Shown piece by piece: positions 40,570 through 50,033 of a DNA stretch of 57,042 nt. Source of the DNA: Spartobacteria bacterium (GTDB lineage: Bacteria > Verrucomicrobiota > Verrucomicrobiia > Chthoniobacterales > DASVRZ01); NCBI GenBank assembly GCA_043758065.1, contig JAYVOE010000079.1, forward strand, positions 1-57,042, written 5' to 3'. Both the position numbers and the translations under genes were made by a program. Every line of letters starts with the position of its first letter. Position 1 is the stretch's first letter. The notes beneath the pieces were generated by a model. That model made no database searches and was not told where the DNA came from. It saw only the letters and a list, made by a program, of their open reading frames with translations.

Positions 40570-42156
40570 ATGCTTTCTGAAATCAATCGACGCCGCACGT
40601 TTGCGATCATCTCGCACCCGGATGCGGGTAAGACTACGCTCACGGAGAAGTTGCTCCTCTACGGCGGTGCAGTGCAACTGGCTGGGTCGGTGACTTCGCG
40701 GAAAAACCAGCGGGCGGCGACCTCCGATTGGATGGAACTCGAACGGAAACGCGGAATCAGTATCAGCTCGACGGTTTTGCAATTCGAGTACAATGGATAT
40801 GCGGTCAATCTGCTCGACACGCCGGGCCACAAAGACTTTTCCGAGGACACTTATCGCGTGCTGACGGCGGTGGATGCGGTCGTGATGGTGATCGACGCGG
40901 GCAAGGGCATTCAGGCTCAGACGCGCAAGCTTTTCGAGGTCTGTCGTCGTCGTGGCGTGCCCATTTTTACCTTCATGAACAAGCTGGACCGCCCGTCGCG
41001 GCCGCCGCTGGATTTGCTCGATGAACTGGAAAGCGTCCTTGGCATCGGCGCGTTTCCGATCAACTGGCCGCTTGGCGAAGGCGTTCAATTCAAGGGTGTC
41101 TATGATCGACAGAAACGCGAAGTGCATCTCTTCGAAAAAACGCCGCACGGAGCCTATCGCGCCCCGGTTTCCATCGCCGGAATCGACGATCCGGTTGTCG
41201 CGGAGAAACTAGATGCCGACGTTTACAGTCGAGTTCGAGAGGAATTGGAAATGCTCGAAGGCGCTGGGGAAGACTACGATCACAACCGAGTGCTCAACGG
41301 CAAACAAACCCCGGTTTTCTTCGGCAGCGCCATGAATAACTTCGGCGTCCAACTCATGCTCGACGCGTTTTTAGCTGAGTCCACGCCACCCGGACCGCGC
41401 ATCAGCCACGGCGAATACGTGCCGACCGATTCCCCGAATTTCTCCGGTTTCATCTTCAAGATTCAGGCGAACATGGACCCGCGCCATCGGGATCGCATCG
41501 CGTTTTTGCGCGTTTGCAGCGGGAAGTTTACCCGCGATATGGCGGTCATTCACGAGCGCACGGGAAAAAAAGTCCGGCTCTCAAATTCGCACAAACTCTT
41601 CGCCCAGGAACGCGAAACCGTCGATACCGCCTACGCCGGCGACATCCTCGGGCTCGTCGGCTACTCGGAGTTTGGCATCGGCGACACGCTCACCGAGGAA
41701 CCGGGCGTCGTTTACCATGAAATCCCGCGATTCCCGCCGGAATGCTTTGCGTTTTTGCAAAATCCAAACACGGGAAAATACAAACAGTTCCGCCAGGGCC
41801 TCGAGCAGCTTCTCCAGGAAGGCGTCATCCAGGTTTTTCATCTGAACGACTCGATCATCAAAGTCCCGCTGCTGGCGGCGGTTGGCCCGCTGCAATTTGA
41901 AGTCGTGCAATACCGCCTCGAAACCGAATACGGCGCCGAATCGCGCCTCGAAACCGCCACCTGGACCGTCGCCCGCTGGCTCGCGCCTGATACCGATCTC
42001 ACTCAACTGAAACTTCCGACCGGCGTGAAACTCGCTACGGATGCGAGCGGTCTGCCCGTCGTCCTCTTTCCCTCCGCCTGGACGCTGAAATACTTCGGCG
42101 AAACCAACGCTGGCGTCGAGTTGTTCGAGATTCCTGAGCAACCGATAGCGGTCTAA
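40570..42156 (+). CDS. prfC: peptide chain release factor 3
   Basis: RRTFAIISHPDAGKTTLTEK, SDWM..RGISI, FKIQANMD..HRDR. Confidence 0.98.
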   Translation: MLSEINRRRTFAIISHPDAGKTTLTEKLLLYGGAVQLAGSVTSRKNQRAATSDWMELERKRGISISSTVLQFEYNGYAVNLLDTPGHKDFSEDTYRVLTAVDAVVMVIDAGKGIQAQTRKLFEVCRRRGVPIFTFMNKLDRPSRPPLDLLDELESVLGIGAFPINWPLGEGVQFKGVYDRQKREVHLFEKTPHGAYRAPVSIAGIDDPVVAEKLDADVYSRVREELEMLEGAGEDYDHNRVLNGKQTPVFFGSAMNNFGVQLMLDAFLAESTPPGPRISHGEYVPTDSPNFSGFIFKIQANMDPRHRDRIAFLRVCSGKFTRDMAVIHERTGKKVRLSNSHKLFAQERETVDTAYAGDILGLVGYSEFGIGDTLTEEPGVVYHEIPRFPPECFAFLQNPNTGKYKQFRQGLEQLLQEGVIQVFHLNDSIIKVPLLAAVGPLQFEVVQYRLETEYGAESRLETATWTVARWLAPDTDLTQLKLPTGVKLATDASGLPVVLFPSAWTLKYFGETNAGVELFEIPEQPIAV

Positions 42157-42162
42157 CTCGAC

Positions 42163-42882
42163 TCAAAAACTGGCCGCGATCTCCCGCGCGGCTTGCACTG
42201 GATCAGCGGCTTCCAGAATCGGACGTCCAATCACTAAAAAATCCGCTCCAGCTGCGACCGCTTCGAGCGGAGTCATCACGCGCTTTTGATCCTGCACCGC
42301 CGCTCCCGCCGGCCGGATCCCGGGAATGACGAGCTTCATTTCGCTGGGAATGTGACGCCGCAAAAGCCCGATTTCGTGCGCGCTGGCGACGAGTCCGCCC
42401 AGACCGGATTCAGCGGCGATTTTCCCCAAGGCTTCGACTTGATCGGGCACCGTCCGCTGCACGCCCATTTCGCTCAAAGTCCGCTCATTCGAACTCGTCA
42501 GCACCGTCACGCCGAGCACGATGCAACTCGAATCTCCTGCGCCAGCCGTCGCCGCGACCAGCATTTCGCGTCCGCCGCCGGCGTGAACCGTCAGCATTTG
42601 CACATCGAGCGCCACCGCCGATTCCACCGCGTGCCGCACCGTGTTCGGGATGTCGTGAAACTTCAGATCGAGAAAAACTCCGCCGCCCAGCGCACGAATT
42701 TTCCGCACAATCGACGGCCCGCACGCCGTGAAAAGCTGCAAGCCGACCTTGAACAACCCCACTTCGCCGGTCAGTTGCTCGACCGCCCGAAGGGCCGACG
42801 CTTCATCGGGCAAATCGAGCGCGACGATGATTTTGTCCTTGGTTTTCTCTTTTGCCGACGATGGGTTTGCGGAAGACTGCAT
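42163..42882 (-). CDS. pyrF: orotidine-5'-phosphate decarboxylase
   Basis: IVALD, FLDLKFHDIPNT, PGIRP, DQKRV, GRPI. Confidence 0.97.
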   Translation of the reverse strand: MQSSANPSSAKEKTKDKIIVALDLPDEASALRAVEQLTGEVGLFKVGLQLFTACGPSIVRKIRALGGGVFLDLKFHDIPNTVRHAVESAVALDVQMLTVHAGGGREMLVAATAGAGDSSCIVLGVTVLTSSNERTLSEMGVQRTVPDQVEALGKIAAESGLGGLVASAHEIGLLRRHIPSEMKLVIPGIRPAGAAVQDQKRVMTPLEAVAAGADFLVIGRPILEAADPVQAAREIAASF

Positions 42883-42888
42883 CGTCCT

Positions 42889-43713
42889 ATGAAGCGACTT
42901 GCGCCCGCGAAAATCAACCTCTCACTTGAGATTCTCGGTCGGCGCGTCGATGGATTTCACGATTTGCGCAGTCTGTTTTTGCCGATCTCGTTGACGGACA
43001 CAATCGAATGCAACTCCGCTGAAAACTTTGCCTTCACCTGCACCGATCCGACGATTCCGACCGATGACGGCAACCTCGTGGTGCGGGCGGCGAGGCTTTT
43101 TGGAAACGGCACGCTGCCCAAGGTTCGCCTTCACCTCGAGAAAAACATCCCCCACAGCGCGGGGCTCGGCGGCGGCAGTTCCGATGCGGCGACGACGCTG
43201 CTTTTGCTCAATGAATCGACTGCAACTCCGCTCAGTTTTTCGGAATTGGAAACCATCGCGGCGCAACTCGGCTCCGACGTTTCCTTCTTTCTCCATCAGA
43301 GTGCCGCCTGGTGCGAAGGCCGCGGCGAAATCGTCCGCTCGATCGCGACGCCAATGGACTTCCACATCCTCCTTTTCAAGCCGCCGTTCGGCGTCCCCAC
43401 GCCGTGGGCTTACCAGCATTTGGCCGGCAGCCGCAACCTCCCGGGCATCCCGATGGAACCTCAATCGACTTCCATCGGAATGCTCGTCAACGACCTGGAA
43501 CGCCCCGTTTTCGAGAAATATCTGCTTCTCGCCTTGGTCAAACAATTCCTCCTCGCCCAGTCGGAAACGCTCGGCGCGCTGATGTCCGGCTCCGGCTCGA
43601 CGATGTTCGCCCTCACGCGCACTCAGGCCGACGCCGAGACGCTTCGCGACCGACTCCTCGAAGAATTTGGCCCCGACAATTGGACTTTCATCGGAGTTCC
43701 ATTCGATTCATGA
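42889..43713 (+). CDS. ispE: 4-diphosphocytidyl-2-C-methyl-D-erythritol kinase
   Basis: APAKINLSL, AGLGGGSSDAA, LGSDV, NDLE, MSGSGS; ATG at 42889. Confidence 0.96.
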   Translation: MKRLAPAKINLSLEILGRRVDGFHDLRSLFLPISLTDTIECNSAENFAFTCTDPTIPTDDGNLVVRAARLFGNGTLPKVRLHLEKNIPHSAGLGGGSSDAATTLLLLNESTATPLSFSELETIAAQLGSDVSFFLHQSAAWCEGRGEIVRSIATPMDFHILLFKPPFGVPTPWAYQHLAGSRNLPGIPMEPQSTSIGMLVNDLERPVFEKYLLLALVKQFLLAQSETLGALMSGSGSTMFALTRTQADAETLRDRLLEEFGPDNWTFIGVPFDS

Positions 43714-44375
43714 GTTGGAACCCCACCAACTGGCTGGCTGCCCTGCTTGTGAGCCTTTCCCCGGCACCGCCGAAGCCCGATTCTTCCAAGCCCGCCGTCG
43801 TCCTGATTCATGGGATTTACGATTCGGGTGACAAAATGACCTGGCTCGCCCACCAGTTTCAACGCGAGGGCTACGAGACTTTTTGCCCATCGCTGACGCC
43901 TTCCAATGGCACGCACCGACTGGAAGAATTGGCCGCGCAGCTCGATGCCGCGGTGCTCGCGCAATGGGGAAATCACCGTCCGCTGCACATCGTCGGCTTC
44001 AGCATGGGCGGGCTGATTTCCCGTTATTGGGTGGCGCATTATGCGGTCCGCGAACGGGTCGTGAGCTATGCGACTTTGAGCGCGCCGCACCATGGGACGG
44101 CTTTCGCTTACACCAGTGAAAAACCCGGCGTGCTGGACATGCGCCCGCTGAGTCCGTTCCTCCAGGATTTGGAAAAAAGTGATGCGAGTTTCAGCGGACT
44201 CTCGCCGCTCTCGATCTACACTCCGCTCGACCTGATCATTCTGCCGCCATCCAGTTCGCGATGGGCTGTGGCCACCAACGAACCCCGCTGGAAACTCTTC
44301 CACCCGCTCCTGGTCTTCAGCCCATCCGTCGCCCGCCGACTCCTCCGCAACATGCACGAAGCGGAGAGTCGCTGA
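43710..44375 (+). CDS. alpha/beta hydrolase (lipase/esterase)
   Basis: VVLIHG, GFSMGG nucleophile elbow, PHHGT; ATG at 43710 overlaps the ispE stop. Confidence 0.88.
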   Translation: MSWNPTNWLAALLVSLSPAPPKPDSSKPAVVLIHGIYDSGDKMTWLAHQFQREGYETFCPSLTPSNGTHRLEELAAQLDAAVLAQWGNHRPLHIVGFSMGGLISRYWVAHYAVRERVVSYATLSAPHHGTAFAYTSEKPGVLDMRPLSPFLQDLEKSDASFSGLSPLSIYTPLDLIILPPSSSRWAVATNEPRWKLFHPLLVFSPSVARRLLRNMHEAESR

Positions 44376-44571
44376 TTGCTAAGATTTTCATCGGAGTTCC
44401 AATGGATTCTGCGGGCCGGTCCGCTTTGGCGACGGGCCGGATGAGGAATCAAAGACCACTAATTGAAGCCGAAACACCGGACGAGTCATTGGCACTAATC
44501 TGAAGGGGGGAGAGGTGGTTTTCTCATCACTGGAAAGCTCCCGACATGGCCGCGTCAGCCGCCAACTTCCC

Positions 44572-44741
44572 CTGAAAATAGCCCAGCACTTCAGTGCTGG
44601 GTCGCCCCCTCGTAAGGAGCAGCGGAGTCCCATGAGGGACGACAGACTCTTCGGCGTCCGGGCGATCCTATCGTCCCTCACGGGACTTGGCCTGTTCTGT
44701 TGGCCGGTGTCCCCAGCCTTGAAAGGCTGGGCTATTTTCAG
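44572..44741. repeat. REP family B inverted doublet (REPIN-like)
   Basis: CTGAAAATAGCCCAGC..GCTGGG / GTCCC-N4-GGGAC ... GTCCC-N4-GGGAC / CCCAGC..GCTGGGCTATTTTCAG. Confidence 0.88.
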
Positions 44742-44845
44742 AATACAGCATCATACTCCATGATCGCGTGGACATCGGAGCGGACCTTCGGATGCAGGAC
44801 CAGCCGCATCAGCGTCGGCGGGCGCTAATCTGCTGGTCGAGTTTT
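44738..44845 (-). pseudogene. TA-pair fragment (antitoxin C-terminus plus RelE/ParE-like toxin N-terminus)
   Basis: ..KLDQQISARRR* overlaps via TGATG with MRLVLHPKVRSDVHAIMEY, which stops inside REP B. Confidence 0.55.
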
Positions 44846-45011
44846 CCCTCGTTCCCAAACTGTGTTTGGGAACGCGCTTGTCTGCGAAACTCTGTTTCGT
44901 CCCGGTCCTCAAAGATGAACGCTGGAACTCGGGGAAATCTCACCGCTCTCCGCCGCCTGCAACCCAGTTGCAGCCACAAGAGCATTCCCAAACGGAGTTT
45001 GGGAACGAGGG
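44846..45011. repeat. REP family A inverted doublet (REPIN)
   Basis: REP A at 44846-44876 and inverted at ~44981-45011, with internal secondary hairpins. Confidence 0.9.
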
Positions 45012-45040
45012 GGTAGGCGTTGCGGTTGATTGGGAAAGAC

Positions 45041-45556
45041 TCACGAGCGTAGGATGCCGCGAAGGCGGTGAATGAGCGAGAGCAGAAGTGGGAGGCTCTG
45101 CGCTGCCCACCAGTAAAGACCGAGCGGCACGAGTAGCACGAGAAACAGAACACCGAAGCCCACCGAAACGCCGTGGAGCGTGGGCTGTGAACCAACTGCC
45201 GACGCGATGCTGACGGCGATGAGACAAAGCAAGGCGAGGACGGCAACGCTGACGGGAATCTGCGCGAGAATGGGAAAGCCGCGACGACGGGAAAACCACT
45301 CGGCAAGCGCGGTGGATGGGAACAACAGAATGAGACTGGCGGCTGTGGTAGCGACGAAAAAGAAAAGCAGTCCGGCGGGATACGCCAATGGGCCACCAAT
45401 GCCGCTGTTGGTGAACACAGCCCAAAGAAGCAGAGCGAAGTAAGTGACCGTCCAGACCAAGCAAGCCGCCGCAACGGTGACGCCCAGCGCGAGGAAATGC
45501 CGGGCGCAAAAGCTGCCGATGCGTCCTGCTGTCTGGATGGCTTGGCTTCCGTTCAT
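45041..45556 (-). CDS. hypothetical multi-pass membrane protein, probable integron cassette gene
   Basis: About four TM segments; ATG lies ~17 nt after the GTTAGGC of an attC-like site. Confidence 0.72.
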   Translation of the reverse strand: MNGSQAIQTAGRIGSFCARHFLALGVTVAAACLVWTVTYFALLLWAVFTNSGIGGPLAYPAGLLFFFVATTAASLILLFPSTALAEWFSRRRGFPILAQIPVSVAVLALLCLIAVSIASAVGSQPTLHGVSVGFGVLFLVLLVPLGLYWWAAQSLPLLLSLIHRLRGILRS

Positions 45557-45569
45557 GCTGAGCGCGTAG

Positions 45570-45631
45570 CAACGCCTAACGACCCCAAGCTCCGCCTCCG
45601 CGGTGCGCTGCAGCGCATGATTTAGGCGTTG
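45570..45631 (-). mobile_element. attC-like site (degenerate)
   Basis: Minus strand GCCTAAA-TCATGCGCTGCAGCGCACC..GGAGCTTGGGGTC-GTTAGGC: R''/R' boxes, R'' with a C>A change. Confidence 0.62.
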
Positions 45632-45634
45632 TGG

Positions 45635-45875
45635 TCATTCGGAGGCATTGTCTGCAACTGTCCTCGAGAGAAGCTTGCCTGTCTTGAGTTCACGTATCTC
45701 ATTGATTGTTTTCCTGCCTGTAATGGTCACGCAAATCTTGTCTTCATTCATTTGCACGGATGCATCCTGTCGATAGGCGGATATAGAGTGTGTGACATGG
45801 AACAACAAACGATGAGAAGAGACGTTACAAATCCAGTCTAACAGAGGTTTTTGCACCCTTCCTCTGATCTTTTTT
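45635..45875 (-). pseudogene. 3' remnant of an upstream cassette-like ORF, cut by a REPIN
   Basis: Lower-GC ORF ending just before the attC-like site; its 5' part runs into REP A. Confidence 0.4.
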
Positions 45876-46060
45876 CCTCGTTCCCAAACTGTGTTTGGGG
45901 ACGCACCTATCTTCGAAACTCGGTTTCGCGGACGCTCCCCTTGATAGGACAACGCTGGAACCCGATTGAAAAATCCAGGTCAGGTCCCTCACCGCTCCCC
46001 GCCGCCTGCAACCCAGTTGCAGCCACAAGTGCGTTCCCAAACACAGTTTGGGAACGAGGG
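45876..46060. repeat. REP family A inverted doublet (REPIN)
   Basis: REP A at 45876-45906 and 46029-46060; spacer similar to the 44846-45011 element. Confidence 0.9.
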
Positions 46061-46071
46061 GGTCATCCTGC

Positions 46072-46140
46072 CGTCCCTCACGGGACTCCGCACTTTCCCG
46101 TCGCCGAAGCCCCAGCCTTGAAAGGCTGGGCTATTTTCAG
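46072..46140. repeat. REP family B half element
   Basis: CGTCCCTCACGGGACT..CCCAGCCTTGAAAGGCTGGGCTATTTTCAG, motifs identical to those in 44672-44741. Confidence 0.88.
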
Positions 46141-46187
46141 AACACCACCCGCAACCGGAGCGAAGTTACCGGCCTACCAACGTTACC

Positions 46188-46481
46188 CTCCAACTTCCAG
46201 GCGACATCCTCCGGCATCTAGGCGCGGCCCTCCGACGCCCAGGCGGATGTCTTTAGCGGCTAGGCGTGGCTTTCCGGCATCTAGGCGGCACCCGGCGGCA
46301 TCTAGGGGAAGGTCTTCAGCATCCAGGTAACGCTCTCCATCACGTAGGCGTGATCTTTCGGCATTTAGGCGGTGTTCTCAGACCGCCAGGCCGATGTCTC
46401 CAGCGTCTAGGCGGCAGTCTCCAACACATAGGCGGCGGCCTGCGGCGTTTTGAGCGGAGTTCCAAGCGTATCGACGACGGC
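46188..46481. repeat. 21-nt periodic degenerate array (consensus CTCCGGCATCTAGGCGGNNNN)
   Basis: YAGG exactly every 21 nt from 46198 to 46429 (12 units), plus 2 decayed units. Confidence 0.88.
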
Positions 46482-46498
46482 TTTCGGCAGCAAATCCC

Positions 46499-46773
46499 AT
46501 GGCTTCGGCGCAAAATGTTACGGCGTTTCAAGCGCAGGTCGAGAGTCTGCCCGGCCTTCAGCAGAGCGTCGAAGACAAGGAAGCCGCCTTGCGCGATACC
46601 CGCAGCGCGTCCGGCTCCTGTCGGCCACCGTGGATAAAAACAACAAACGCTGGTATGCCGCTTGGGAGGGCGAATTCCCGGTGAACACCCCCGCCAACGA
46701 CGCCCTCTCCCAGATCGACACCGAATCCGGCGGCCAGAATCCACCAGCGCCTCCGACCCCGCCGACGCCGTAG
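46499..46773 (+). pseudogene. frameshifted C-terminal fragment of an uncharacterised helical protein
   Basis: ..FQAQVESLPGLQQSVEDKEAALRDTRSA / frameshift near 46610 / VRLLSATVDKNNKRWYAAWEGEFPVNTPANDALSQIDT..PPTP*. Confidence 0.55.
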
Positions 46774-46973
46774 GCTTACCGGCCTAGACACCGAGAGAAA
46801 AACAGCGTCGAGTTTCAGTCGATTCAGAAAGAAGGGATGGATCGAACATTTTTTTGGAGCGTGGGTTGGCGCTGACGGCTTCGTCGTGAGGGCGAACGAG
46901 GCATTTGCGGACTCGGCGTGGTTATATTTATCCAGAATTGCACGCCGGGCGGCTGGAAATGGATAACAAAAGC

Positions 46974-47246
46974 CGATTCATGGCTGCGGATTCCCGATCA
47001 ACGGCGGATAAATGGCGATGAAGGGCTGCGGGAGCGCGACGACCGTGTGCGAACTTGCGATGTGGATCTGCGAAGTGCCGATGGGCGTTTGCGCTGAAGC
47101 GAAAAGTGGCGACGGAAAAGCGATGGGTGGCTGCGGAGTGGCGTTGAGCGGCTGCGGATGGACGATGAGCGGCGGCGAACCGGCGATGAGCGGCGGCGAA
47201 TGGACGATGAGCGGCGGCGGAGGAGCGATGAGCGGCGGCGGAGGAA
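46974..47246. repeat. 21-nt periodic degenerate array (consensus CGATGAGCGGCGGCGRANNRR)
   Basis: CGATG-like start exactly every 21 nt from 46974 to 47226 (13 units); right-hand units near-identical. Confidence 0.88.
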
Positions 47247-47342
47247 CAGGAAGTGGCTGCGGTTTCCCAATGGATTCTATGGAAACCACTTATCTCCACT
47301 GATTTTCATTAATCCAGAGGGGAGAGAGGTTCCGGTCTTCTT

Positions 47343-47496
47343 CCTCGTTCCCAAGTTGCACTTGGGAACGCACTGGTCCCGGCAGTTTTACTGCCAAAAG
47401 CTATTCCCTCAATCGGACATCCGTCTAAGTACGGAACGGCCAGCAGCCAAGCTGCCAAAAAGTAAGTGCGTTCCCAAGTGCAACTTGGGAACGAGG
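47343..47496. repeat. REP family A variant inverted doublet
   Basis: CCTCGTTCCCAAG-TTGCA-CTTGGGAACGCAC at 47343 and its inverse at 47466. Confidence 0.9.
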
Positions 47497-47544
47497 AAGA
47501 TGGATCAACGATGGCTGGCTTCCGATTGAGTAAAAAACGGCCAG

Positions 47545-47615
47545 GTAGGGACATGCGGCCCGCATGTCCTCGGTAGTTTGTGGGAACAGCGGACGAGCCA
47601 GCGGCTCATCCCTAC
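47545..47615. repeat. GTAG-type REP doublet (family C)
   Basis: GTAG-GGACATGCG-GCC-CGCATGTCC and inverted GGACGAGCC-AGC-GGCTCATCC-CTAC. Confidence 0.78.
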
Positions 47616-47707
47616 CGGGGAGCCGGCCCGATTTTGCGGCGCTCTTTGGAATTGCCAGTTGCAGTGGTATGCGAAAGGGCGCTGCGGAGATATCGCCCTA
47701 ACTCCGC

Positions 47708-50032
47708 TCACTTTCCCGTGGTGCGGGTGCGTTTAACGGGGGTGGAAGTCGGGGTTTTGACCGCGCTGGCGAGTTTGATGGGACCTTTTTTTTGCAAAGT
47801 GGTGATTTTCGGGACGTTTTTCATCAGCGGCGTGACGTGGGAGAGGGGACGGGACTGGCCGTTTTTGCTGGTGGGATGCGGGACGATGGCGTCGAGGCAG
47901 GAGCGAACGGCGGCGGCGAGTTTGGACGGCGGATAGGGTTTCGGGAGGAAATTTTGGCCGTCGCGCAGGGCGTATCCTTTGGCGATGAGGTCGATGCTGT
48001 AGCCGCTGGTGTAGATGACTTTGAGGTCGGGGCGGGTTTTTAACATGCGCTCGGCGAGTTGCAGGCCGGAGATGGCCTCGGGCATGACGATGTCGGTGAG
48101 GAGGAGGTCGATCTGGCGCTGTTTTTTCGCCCAGATTTTAAGGGCTTCGACTCCGTTTTCGGCGCAGAGGGTTTTGTAGCCTTGCTCGGTGAGGATGGTA
48201 TCGACGAGCAGGCGAAGGTTTTCTTCGTCCTCGACGATAAGAACGGTTTCGCGTCCACGCGGGAGGATTCCGGGGGTGCTGGTGGCAGTGAACTCGGGCT
48301 GCGCGATCTGCGAGCTGGTGGGCAGATAAACGTGGAAGACAGACCCTTTGCCGGGCTGGCTGGTGACGTCGATCCAGCCGTTGTGCTGCTGGATGATGCC
48401 GTAAACGGTGGCGAGGCCCATGCCGGTGCCTTTGCCGACTTCCTTGGTGGTGAAGAACGGCTCGAAGATGCGACTGCGAGTCGAATCATCCATGCCGGTG
48501 CCGGTGTCGCTGACGGAGAGGCAGATGAATTTGCCAACGAGCGCCTCGCGATTGGCGCGGCAATCGGCTGCGGTGACGTTTTTTTCCTCGGTCTTAATGA
48601 CGAGTTGTCCGCCGTCGGGCATGGCGTCGCGGGCGTTAACGACGAGGTTCATGATGACTTGCTCGATGCTGCCCTGGTCGGCGTGAACTGGCGAAAGGTC
48701 GACGCCGAATTCGGTTTTGAGCTTGATGTGTTCGCCGATGAGGCGGTTCAGCATCGAGAGGAGGCCGTTGATGGCGTCGTTCAGGCCGAGAGCGCGCAAT
48801 TGCATGATCTGTTTGCGGCTGAAGGCGAGAAGTTGACGGGTGAGGGCGGCGGCGCGGTCGGCGGCGACGGAGATTTGGTCGAGCGATTCCTTGGTGCGAC
48901 CGTCGATGCTGGTGGAGAGCATGCTCAGACTCGCGTGGCCCTGGATGACGGTGAGAATGTTATTGAAGTCGTGTGCAACTCCCGCGGCGAGCTGGCCGAC
49001 GGCTTCCATCTTTTGCGACTGACGGAGCTGCGCTTCGAGGCGAAGACGTTCGGAAAGATCCTGCCAGATGAGGATGGCGTAGGCGTCGTCGCCGAGGGCA
49101 AACGTTTCGCCGGAGAGCAGGGTGGAACGATGCGGACCGGATTTGTCGAGGACGTCGCGTTCGAGATTCGTGATGGAACGGTCCGTCTCCAGCTTCTGGC
49201 GGAGGAGTTTCGGAGTTTCTTTGTCGGACCAAAGCTCGAAATCGGCTGAGGTGTGATCGAGCACGCTGTCTCGTTCTTGAGACGTCATTTTCAAAAATGC
49301 GTCGTTGCAGTCCTCAAATTTGTCGGTGTCCAGATGGAGAATCGCCATCGGGAATGGGCTGGCGCGGAAGGCTTTGGAGAAGCGTTCTTCGGAAACTTTC
49401 AGCGAGGCTTGGACGGCGGTGCGCTGGGTGGTTTCCTCCTGGAGATGGCTCAGAGTGCGATGTAAGTCCGCTGTCTTTTCGGCGACGAGTTTGTCGAGGT
49501 TTTCAAGGGAAAGCTTGGCCTGTTTGGCGAGCGTCCATTTTTTCGTGAGCGCGTGGGCAAGCTGCACGACTTCGATGTTGTCGAAGGGCTTTTTGAGGAT
49601 GAGCAAATTATCGGCGTGCTGCGGATCGCCGGTCATTTCCTCCCATGAGTAGTCGGAATAAGCGGTGCAAATAACGATCTGGATTTCGTGATCGACCTTC
49701 CAGATGTGGCGGATGGTTTCGATGCCGTCCCAGCCGGGCGGCATACGGACGTCCACGAAGGCCATCGCGTAGGGACGCCCCTCGGCAATGGCTTTTTCGA
49801 CGAGCGCGAGGCCTTCTTTGCCTTGGTGCGCAGAGTCCATCTCGAAGGCCTGAGTCGGCTCTAACTTGGATGAATTTGTTGGTTCTTCGCCAAAAAGAGA
49901 GGCTTCGGCATCATCCAGGGCCGCGTTGGAGCTGCGGCTGCGGCAGAGGATCTTGTTAAAATCCTCATGAATCGCCGGATTATCGTCGATAATCAGGATG
50001 CGTCGATTGGTCTCTGGCGGGCTGGAGTTCAT
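47708..50032 (-). CDS. hybrid sensor kinase (REC-PAS-HisKA-HATPase-REC)
   Basis: [50 protein letters not shown]; ATG at 50032. Confidence 0.93.
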   Translation of the reverse strand: MNSSPPETNRRILIIDDNPAIHEDFNKILCRSRSSNAALDDAEASLFGEEPTNSSKLEPTQAFEMDSAHQGKEGLALVEKAIAEGRPYAMAFVDVRMPPGWDGIETIRHIWKVDHEIQIVICTAYSDYSWEEMTGDPQHADNLLILKKPFDNIEVVQLAHALTKKWTLAKQAKLSLENLDKLVAEKTADLHRTLSHLQEETTQRTAVQASLKVSEERFSKAFRASPFPMAILHLDTDKFEDCNDAFLKMTSQERDSVLDHTSADFELWSDKETPKLLRQKLETDRSITNLERDVLDKSGPHRSTLLSGETFALGDDAYAILIWQDLSERLRLEAQLRQSQKMEAVGQLAAGVAHDFNNILTVIQGHASLSMLSTSIDGRTKESLDQISVAADRAAALTRQLLAFSRKQIMQLRALGLNDAINGLLSMLNRLIGEHIKLKTEFGVDLSPVHADQGSIEQVIMNLVVNARDAMPDGGQLVIKTEEKNVTAADCRANREALVGKFICLSVSDTGTGMDDSTRSRIFEPFFTTKEVGKGTGMGLATVYGIIQQHNGWIDVTSQPGKGSVFHVYLPTSSQIAQPEFTATSTPGILPRGRETVLIVEDEENLRLLVDTILTEQGYKTLCAENGVEALKIWAKKQRQIDLLLTDIVMPEAISGLQLAERMLKTRPDLKVIYTSGYSIDLIAKGYALRDGQNFLPKPYPPSKLAAAVRSCLDAIVPHPTSKNGQSRPLSHVTPLMKNVPKITTLQKKGPIKLASAVKTPTSTPVKRTRTTGK

Positions 50033-50033
50033 G

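Noticed and set aside
42286-42888. N-terminal 200-aa extension of IspE in the ORF track
   Set aside because: Antisense to pyrF; IspE homology begins at ATG 42889
43311-43709. Extended N-terminus of the lipase ORF
   Set aside because: Alternative frame inside ispE; ATG 43710 overlapping the ispE stop is the plausible start
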